Assembly: GCA_963847625.1 (NCBI GenBank)
Contig: CAWKAR010000022.1
Span: 1 to 64,000, forward strand
From: a candidate division FCPU426 bacterium
GTDB lineage: Bacteria; Oederibacteriota; Muellerivitia; Muellerivitales; Muellerivitaceae
DNA: 64,000 nt
Direction: 5' to 3'
The notes under the pieces are model-generated. The model did not search any database. It was not told where the DNA came from and saw only the letters and a program-made list of their open reading frames with translations. Below, one piece after another: positions 57,502 through 64,000 of this stretch; position 1 is the stretch's first letter; every line of letters begins with the position of its first letter. The position numbers and the translations under genes were made by a program.

Positions 57502-58297
57502 ATGGACTGGGGCAAAAAAAACCGACTTTCCAAACTGATCCAAAGGGACGGGCATTGTTTTTACATGCCCATTGACCACGGGTATTTTCTGGGGCCCACC
57601 CGCTACCTTGAAAAACCCGGGGAAACCATCAAGCCCCTGCTGGAATACTGCGACGCCCTCTTTCGTGACCAGGGGCGTCCTACGCGCCTGCGTGATCCCG
57701 GAAGGCAGCAAGCCGATCATCCTGAGGGTGTCGGGCGGCACGAGCGTGATTGGCAAGGACCTGGCCAACGAATCGATCACCACTTCCATCGAGGAAATCA
57801 TCCGCCTCAACGCGACCGCTGTCGGGCTTTCGGTATTCATTGGCAGCGATTATGAGAACCAGACCCTGATGAACCTCTCCAAGCTTGTCAATGAATGCGC
57901 AACCTACGGGATACCCGTGATGGCCGTGACAGCCGTGGGCAAGGAGTTGGAAAAACGGGATGCCCGCTACCTGGGTCTCTGCTGCCGCATCGCCGCCGAA
58001 TTGGGGGCCGACGTGGTGAAGACCTACTGGTGCCCCGATGGGTTCGACAAGGTCGTGGCTGGTTGCCCCGTGCCGGTGGTGATGGCCGGCGGGCCCAAAT
58101 GCGAGACCCAGAAGGAAGTCTTTGATTTCGTGTACGACGGCATGCAGAAAGGCGCCATCGGCCTCAACCTCGGCCGGAACGTCTGGCAGGACCCGCATCC
58201 GGTCGCGGTCGAGAGGGCATTGTGGGGTATCATCCATGAAAAAAAGAACGCCAAGCAGGCATTTGATCTTTACAACGAAGTCAAGAACTCGAAATAA
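57502..58297 (+). CDS. lsrF: LsrF-like class I aldolase/thiolase, 1-nt frameshift near 57661
   Basis: PIDHGYFLGP is in the first frame; TRGVLR, RIAAELGADVVKTY and GRNVWQ are in the second. Removing one T joins them. Confidence 0.85.
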
Positions 58298-58309
58298 GAG
58301 CGGTTTAAA

Positions 58310-59336
58310 ATGCGCGTAGCGATGTATTACAAAAACAACGATGTTCGCCTGCAGGAAATGCCAGCTCCGAAAATCGGGCCCTGGGGAAATGCTCGTGAAG
58401 ATACAAGCCAGCGGCATCTGCGGCAGCGACGTCCTGGAATGGTACCGCATCAAGAAGGCCCCCCTCGTGCTCGGGCATGAGGTCACAGGGGATGTCACCG
58501 AAGTGGGCGCGGGAGTGGAAAAATACAAGGTCGGGGACCGGGTCGCCGTTTCCCACCATGTCCCCTGCAACACCTGCCGATATTGCCTCAGCGGCAACCA
58601 CACCGTCTGCGAAACCCTTCACACCACCCATTTTGACCCCGGCGGCTTTTCGGAATATGTCCGGGTACCCAAGATCAACGTGGACCGGGGGGTCTTTTTA
58701 CTTCCTCCCGAAGTCTCCTACGAAGAGGGCTCCTTCATGGAACCGCTGGGATGCGTCCTGAGGGGGCAGAGGCTGGCGCGCCTGATGCCCGGGCAGACGG
58801 TGCTGGTGATGGGCAGCGGAATCTCAGGCCTCCTCCACGTGATGCTGGCAAAAGCCCTCGGTGCGGGCAGGGTTATCGCCACCGACGTTAGCCAGTACCG
58901 CCTGAACGCCGCCAGGAATCTGGGAGCCGACGCTCTCATCAACGCCAAGGAAGACGTGCCTTCGCGCCTGCTCGAGCTTAACGAAGGCAGACGGGCCGAT
59001 CTTGTCATCGTTTGCACGGGAGCCATGCCGGCGTTCACGCAGGCCCTGAAGTCAGTGGACCATGGCGGTACCCTCATGTATTTCGCCACCACCGGCCCCG
59101 GGGAGACCCTGCCGGTGCCGATCAATGATTACTGGCGCAACGGCATCACCCTCCTGCCGTCCTACGGCAACAGCCCTTATGACGGCGAGGTCGCTATTTC
59201 GCTGATCCATTCGGGCAGGGTTCCGGTCAAAAAAATGATTACCCACCGCCTAGGCCTGGCGGAAGCGGCTCAGGGGTTTCAACTCGTCGCCAGCGCCGGG
59301 GAATCAATCAAAGTGATTATCGAACCCCAGAGATAG
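58310..59336 (+). CDS. Zn-dependent alcohol/sugar-alcohol dehydrogenase, 1-nt frameshift near 58379
   Basis: MRVAMYY start, GICGSD, LGHE, CxxCxxC and GSGISG. Removing one C joins the frames. Confidence 0.9.
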
Positions 59337-59350
59337 ATATCCGCCTCACG

Positions 59351-59379
59351 TTGACAGGCCCTCCTCCCGCGCCTAAGAT
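59351..59379 (+). promoter_or_regulatory. sigma70-type promoter TTGACA-N17-TAAGAT
   Basis: Consensus -35 and 17-nt spacer upstream of the ABC ATPase. Confidence 0.65.
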
Positions 59380-59397
59380 GCACCCTTTATATTCACC

Positions 59398-60414
59398 ATG
59401 AAAACAGCCATCCGGGTTCAAAACCTATCGAAAAGCTTCAAGCGCCGCATCCGCCAGCCGGGCCTGGCCGGTGCTTTCAAGGCCCTTTTTTCCAGCCGTA
59501 GCGAGGAGCTTTACGCCGTCAGGAACCTCTCCTTTTCCATCCAACGGGGTGAGCGGGTGGGGTTGATCGGCGAGAATGGGGCGGGAAAATCCACTACCCT
59601 CAAGATGCTCACGGGCATCCTAGTCCCCACCGGGGGAGAGTTGGAGGTCCTGGACCTCGTCCCCTGGAAGGAAAGGTCCCAGCTGGCCCTGAACATCGGG
59701 GTGGTCTTCGGCCAGCGACCCCAGCTTTTGTGGGATATCCCGGTTCGTGAGACCTTCCAGCTGTTGAAAACCATGTACCGGATCCCCTCCGACGTTTACG
59801 AGGCGGTTTACGGCGAGGCCTTGAAAAGATTGGGCCTGGAGCCCCTTCTGTCCACTCCCGTACGCCACCTTTCCCTCGGACAGCGCATGCGCTGTGACCT
59901 GACCGCGGCTCTCCTTCACGCGCCCGCCGTGGCCTTCCTCGACGAACCCACCATCGGATTGGATCTTTCCGTCCGGGAACAGGTCCGGGAATTTATCACC
60001 GATATCCAGGAAAAATTCGGCACCACCCTCTTGATCACCACCCACGACCTGAAGGACATCACCGAAACCTGCGACCGCCTTCTGTTGCTGGACAATGGAA
60101 AATTGCTTTTCGACGGTTCCCTCCTGGCCTTCGAGAAGAAGTACGCGAGCGACCGCCGCATCGTGGCCGAACTTCAAAAGCCGGTGAGTGCGGAGGAAGT
60201 CCGAAACCTTTCCAAGGAAATCGCCTCTCTGGGAGGCACCCTCAAGGAAGCCCTGGGCCACCGGATCATCGTGGAACATAAGGAAGAAACCTCCGTTCCG
60301 GCGCTGACCCAGCTTCTTTTAAGCCGGCTCCCCGTGGTGGACCTGAACCTGGAAAAGACCGACATCGAGACCATTGTCACCCGGATATACCGTCAACCGG
60401 ACGGGGAGGACTGA
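59398..60414 (+). CDS. ABC-2-type exporter ATP-binding protein
   Basis: Motifs GENGAGKST, LSLGQRMR and FLDEPTIGLD are present. Confidence 0.95.
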   Translation: MKTAIRVQNLSKSFKRRIRQPGLAGAFKALFSSRSEELYAVRNLSFSIQRGERVGLIGENGAGKSTTLKMLTGILVPTGGELEVLDLVPWKERSQLALNIGVVFGQRPQLLWDIPVRETFQLLKTMYRIPSDVYEAVYGEALKRLGLEPLLSTPVRHLSLGQRMRCDLTAALLHAPAVAFLDEPTIGLDLSVREQVREFITDIQEKFGTTLLITTHDLKDITETCDRLLLLDNGKLLFDGSLLAFEKKYASDRRIVAELQKPVSAEEVRNLSKEIASLGGTLKEALGHRIIVEHKEETSVPALTQLLLSRLPVVDLNLEKTDIETIVTRIYRQPDGED

Positions 60415-60416
60415 CC

Positions 60417-61247
60417 ATGAGGGCCCTCGCCTCTCCCCTGAACTTTTCGGAAAAAATCTTCGGTTATTTCGCCCTCTTGAACCGGGCCCTCAAGGCCAAT
60501 TTCGCCTATCGTTCCACCACGTTTCTCGGCCTTTTCACGGCCTCCCTGAGCTATGGGATCACGGTACTGGTCTGGAACCACGTCTACGTCCAGAGAGGGT
60601 CCACCCTGGCCTTGCCCAAGGCTGAGATGTTCTCCTACCTGGCTCTGGCCTTTTGCCTCAACTACGTCCTTTCCATCAACATCGACCAGAGGGTGGGCCA
60701 GCGTATCCGGATGGGTCTGATCGCCACCGACCTGTTGAAACCCGTTGATTTTCAGTTGTCCCAGGCGGTCCAAGCCTTGAGCGACAGCCTTTTCAATAGT
60801 TTCGTGGGTCTGGGCATCCTGGCGGTGGTGGCTTTCCTGTTAGGCCCCATGATCCTTCCCAAAAGCCCAGAGGCTTTTTGCTTGTTCTTCATCAGCCTTT
60901 TTCTGGCTTTCCTGGTCCAATACTCCATTGTTTTCATCTTTATTCAGGGGGCTTTTTACACCTACAGCGGCTACGGAATTTTCGCCTCCCGCATCGCCCT
61001 CCACCAAACTTTTTCAGGTTTGCAGGCGCCCCTCACCCTTTATCCCCCCATCCTTTTTTCCATCGGCCGTTGGCTTCCCTTCCAGCACGTCGTTTACACG
61101 CCGATCTCCCTTTACATGGGAAAGGTGCAGGGGGAGGCGGCGTGGAACCTTTTGGGCGAGCAGGCCCTTTGGGCCTTTGGCCTATATTTCACCGGAAAAT
61201 GGGTCTTGCGAAAGGCTTTAGGGCAGTTGGAAATTCAGGGCGGTTGA
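60417..61247 (+). CDS. ABC-2 family permease
   Basis: Multi-TM protein with IRMGLIATDLLKPVD, LPFQ...YTP and C-terminal QGG. Confidence 0.88.
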   Translation: MRALASPLNFSEKIFGYFALLNRALKANFAYRSTTFLGLFTASLSYGITVLVWNHVYVQRGSTLALPKAEMFSYLALAFCLNYVLSINIDQRVGQRIRMGLIATDLLKPVDFQLSQAVQALSDSLFNSFVGLGILAVVAFLLGPMILPKSPEAFCLFFISLFLAFLVQYSIVFIFIQGAFYTYSGYGIFASRIALHQTFSGLQAPLTLYPPILFSIGRWLPFQHVVYTPISLYMGKVQGEAAWNLLGEQALWAFGLYFTGKWVLRKALGQLEIQGG

Positions 61248-61270
61248 AGAAAAATTCGTTCTGGAGTTTT

Positions 61271-62056
61271 ATGTTATCGGAATTGAAAATTTACTGGGCG
61301 ACCTTTAACGCTTCGCTTCAGGCAAAGCTGGAGTACAAGCTGGATTTCCTGTTGGGTATCTTCACCTCCACCATGCTCCAATTGGCCGCGTTGGGTTTCC
61401 TTTGGGTCGTCTTCCACCAAACAACCAGCCTCCAAGGTTGGAACCAGACTCAGGTCCTGCTGCTCTTCGGCCTGACCGCCATGTCCCTGGGTCTATCTGA
61501 GCTTTTTTTCAACCATATTTGGATGGTGCCTTATTACATCGTCATGGGAGACCTGGACCGGCTGTTGGTTTATCCCGTGAAATCCCTTCCCTTTCTTTTG
61601 ATTTCCCGGCCGGAGCTTCACTCCTTCGGAAACATGGCCACCGGATTGATCTTTACCGCAGTCTCCTTGGGAGCCCAACACATGCCCTGGTGGGATTGGG
61701 CCCTTGTTCCCCTTTGGGTCCTCAGTGGTTCGCTTATTTATACCTCGGTGTTGGTGATTTTTTGCAGCCTTTCCTTCAAGTTCGTGGGGCCCTATAGCTA
61801 TACCCTGATGGTTCCCCACACCCTGCTCCAGGCCAGCCGCTACCCCTTGAGTATTTTTCCCGCTTGGGTGCATTACACGCTTTTGTTCCTGGTTCCTTAC
61901 GGCGTTTTCAACTACCTGCCTGGTAACTGGGTATTCGGGAAGATCCTCTCGCCCGGTTACGTCCTCATCACGCCCCTGGTGGCCATCCTTTGCATGACCG
62001 TGGCCCAAAAAGCATGGACCTGGGGACTCACGCACTACCAAAGTACGGGCTCCTAA
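61271..62056 (+). CDS. ABC-2 family permease
   Basis: Multi-TM protein with GW, GDLDRLLVYP, RYPLSIF and C-terminal YQSTGS. Confidence 0.88.
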   Translation: MLSELKIYWATFNASLQAKLEYKLDFLLGIFTSTMLQLAALGFLWVVFHQTTSLQGWNQTQVLLLFGLTAMSLGLSELFFNHIWMVPYYIVMGDLDRLLVYPVKSLPFLLISRPELHSFGNMATGLIFTAVSLGAQHMPWWDWALVPLWVLSGSLIYTSVLVIFCSLSFKFVGPYSYTLMVPHTLLQASRYPLSIFPAWVHYTLLFLVPYGVFNYLPGNWVFGKILSPGYVLITPLVAILCMTVAQKAWTWGLTHYQSTGS

Positions 62057-62075
62057 ATAAAACCGGCCTGAAAAT

Positions 62076-62109
62076 AAAAAAACCCGGGGACCAACTGCTT
62101 CCCCGGGTT
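62076..62109 (-). terminator. Intrinsic terminator for a minus-strand transcript
   Basis: AACCCGGGGA-N9-TCCCCGGGTT followed by a T-run on the minus strand. Confidence 0.8.
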
Positions 62110-62240
62110 GCCTACCTATACTTACTTTTGCTCATGGCCTGGGGATCATTCCCCGGGCAGGAAGGCCATAAAACTCTCTGATAAGGTTTTTTTTCATACC
62201 GGAAAGGGTCCGGCGTTTCAGATTGCCGTGTTACCTTTCT

Positions 62241-62277
62241 ACCCTCTAGACGGCGAAAGTGAAATTTAATCCAAAAA
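62241..62277 (-). promoter_or_regulatory. Second copy of the bipartite motif (putative ECF promoter)
   Basis: 18-bp and 14-bp blocks are identical to 8881-8918. Confidence 0.5.
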
Positions 62278-62387
62278 AAGTGAATTTTTTTATCAAACCC
62301 ATATTTAAAATTCAGGGATTTGCTTAATACCCCCGGTTTTATTGAGGTTTAACCTGAAAAAAGGGGCTTCTACAAATGACTTCCGAG

Positions 62388-63737
62388 TTATTTTTCGCGA
62401 TGATTATTCTCTAGCCATTCCCTCAAGGAGTCATTATCCGGATCCATATCCAGGATTTTTTGATAGGCTTCCATTGATTTATCATAATAGATATGCGCCA
62501 ACTTATCCCATGCCGGTTTAAAACCAGGTTCCTTTTTAGTGGCTTTGATATACAAATCCAATGCCTCCAAGATCTCTCCTTCTTTTTCTTTTTTCTTACC
62601 CAAGTCAAGCAGTTGGCGGGCGCTCATATTCTCCTCATTCACAACTTTAAATTTGAGCAGAACAGGTTTTAAGGTTTCTTTGTTTGATAAGGATGAAACT
62701 GATTTGGGGTGGTCCCTGGACTGGTCAGTCTCTTGTTTGGAGTTTCGAGGGTTTTCATACGGGGGGAAAGACAGGGTCAGAGAAAGGCGCTGGACGTTTC
62801 CCATATCTCCCTCGAAGGTGAAGGAATAATCCAGTTGAAACCGGCCCAGGGCCGCGCCGGCTCCAAATCCCAGTCCATTCACGTCCCCCAAGTAGTTATC
62901 CTGCAAATCGGAGGAACAACCGGCCCGAATAAAGTAACTCCCCTGAAATGCGTACTCGAACCCGGCCTTAACGCTACTGACACCCTGGAATGCATTATCC
63001 AACTCGGCCGAGAGTAACAGCCTGTGGCGATCCCCCTCCGTCAACTCAATTCGGTAAGCCGCTCCCAATAGCAATTCCAAAGGAAGTTGATAAAACCCGC
63101 TTACATCCCCGATATTTTTCAGGTTCAATCCGAAGGATAGATCCGGGAGGGGTTTGGAGAGTAAACCCATGTCCCAAACCAAGCTCGAATAATCGTTGCC
63201 GCCGATTTCCTGCTGGATCCATTGCGTTCGGAATCCGGCGAAAAGGAAATCCGCTATCGGGAAGCCGAAAGCGCCGCCAAAACTAAGGTCATAGGGGTCG
63301 TAACTCCCCAATAAGATTCCTCCGGAATCCCTTTTTTCAATGGCTCCATAGTCGAAATAATTGAAGCCGAAGGCCAAAGTGCCGAGGTCGGATAAGGGAT
63401 AAGCGACTTCGGCGGTTTCGTAATATCCGTTGGCGAGGTAGCTGTCATGCGTCAGGGATAATTCCGGGTGCCAAATTTGGGCCAAACCCGCAGGGTTATA
63501 GTGGTAAGCCGCTAAATCGTCCGCCACTGCGGCGAAGCTCTCCCCCATTCCTACCGCTCGGGCGCCCAATCCAATTGAAAGAACCGGAAAGGCGGTGGAA
63601 CTGGATGAATAAACGGTTTGCGCGGCCACTGGCATGGCCGCCAGGATCGCCAAGGGTAAGAACCAGGCAACAAGGACCCTGGAAAATTTTATTTTGGGGC
63701 AATATTTAAATAACCATTTCAGGATTCGATAGTCCAT
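62388..63737 (-). CDS. PorV/PorQ (UPF0164)-like outer-membrane beta-barrel with C-terminal TPR
   Basis: Signal peptide, LSIGLGARAVGMGESFAAVADD...YNPAGL, amphipathic beta strands and a TPR tail. Confidence 0.82.
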   Translation of the reverse strand: MDYRILKWLFKYCPKIKFSRVLVAWFLPLAILAAMPVAAQTVYSSSSTAFPVLSIGLGARAVGMGESFAAVADDLAAYHYNPAGLAQIWHPELSLTHDSYLANGYYETAEVAYPLSDLGTLAFGFNYFDYGAIEKRDSGGILLGSYDPYDLSFGGAFGFPIADFLFAGFRTQWIQQEIGGNDYSSLVWDMGLLSKPLPDLSFGLNLKNIGDVSGFYQLPLELLLGAAYRIELTEGDRHRLLLSAELDNAFQGVSSVKAGFEYAFQGSYFIRAGCSSDLQDNYLGDVNGLGFGAGAALGRFQLDYSFTFEGDMGNVQRLSLTLSFPPYENPRNSKQETDQSRDHPKSVSSLSNKETLKPVLLKFKVVNEENMSARQLLDLGKKKEKEGEILEALDLYIKATKKEPGFKPAWDKLAHIYYDKSMEAYQKILDMDPDNDSLREWLENNHREK

Positions 63738-63750
63738 CTTTTTACCCCAA

Positions 63751-64000
63751 TCAAGGCCGAATGATTGCGAATTTCACCGGTTTCGTCTTGTAGGTTCCGG
63801 AAATCGAGGTCATTTGCAACAAGTAATAATAGATGCCGTGGGAAAAACCCGAGATATCCAGAGTTTCGGTGTTAGGTCCCGTAAGACCCTGGAATGAGTA
63901 AGTGGCCGCCAATCCTAAGCTGACGTTATAAATAGATACCTGGACCACCCCGGTTTCACACAAGGTGAAGGATAATGATAAATTCGGCTCGCTGACGGGG
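63751..64000 (-). CDS. C-terminus of a protein with a T9SS type-A/FlgD-Ig-like sorting domain (partial)
   Basis: The frame is open to the window edge. PV...SFTL...VQVSIYN...SHGIYYYLL...KFAIIRP matches the CTD pattern. Confidence 0.7.
   Translation of the reverse strand, partial: PVSEPNLSLSFTLCETGVVQVSIYNVSLGLAATYSFQGLTGPNTETLDISGFSHGIYYYLLQMTSISGTYKTKPVKFAIIRP

Noticed and set aside
57502..59336. lsrF-like and Zn-ADH genes as true pseudogenes
   Set aside because: Each has a single extra base in a short homopolymer with otherwise intact motifs, so sequencing error is more likely.
1..64000. CRISPR arrays, tRNA, rRNA, riboswitches
   Set aside because: No regularly spaced repeats or recognisable RNA-gene motifs were found by eye. 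An Infernal/tRNAscan run would be needed to exclude them fully.

Overview
A 64 kb bacterial chromosomal window with four zones. (1) 1-8.9 kb is an AT-rich accessory island. It holds a TGT-ended IS481-like element encoding two intact DDE integrases, a Y1/RAYT-type transposase with a REP-like palindrome and an IS30. It also holds two diverged copies of a cassette made of a promoter, a 50-aa leader ORF and secreted-protein genes, one of them a SpoIID/LytB-like gene broken by the IS. (2) 9-23.7 kb encodes envelope glycosylation proteins (O-antigen-ligase/TPR, two GT-C), HU, two atypical response regulators, a second IS30, an 8-oxoG glycosylase, a beta-propeller lipoprotein and small DRR-motif proteins. 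(3) 23.7-47.3 kb is a complete minus-strand dcw cluster: mraZ, 2xSTAS, rsmH, ftsL, ftsI, murE, murF, mraY, murD, ftsW, murG, murC, murB, ddl, ftsQ, ftsA, ftsZ, deacetylase, amidase, pgeF. Several of its spacers are exactly bridged by short unannotated ORFs that overlap both the upstream stop and the downstream start. (4) 47.5-64 kb carries housekeeping and envelope genes (GT-C, glpK, GT2, hisN, pfk, FKBP, LsrF-like aldolase, Zn-dehydrogenase, ABC-2 exporter), a PorV-like barrel and a T9SS-CTD-like C-terminus. Three single-base homopolymer frameshifts (murE, lsrF-like, Zn-ADH) are probably sequencing errors. No rRNA, tRNA or CRISPR array was seen. All family calls come from motif recognition by eye; no searches were run.
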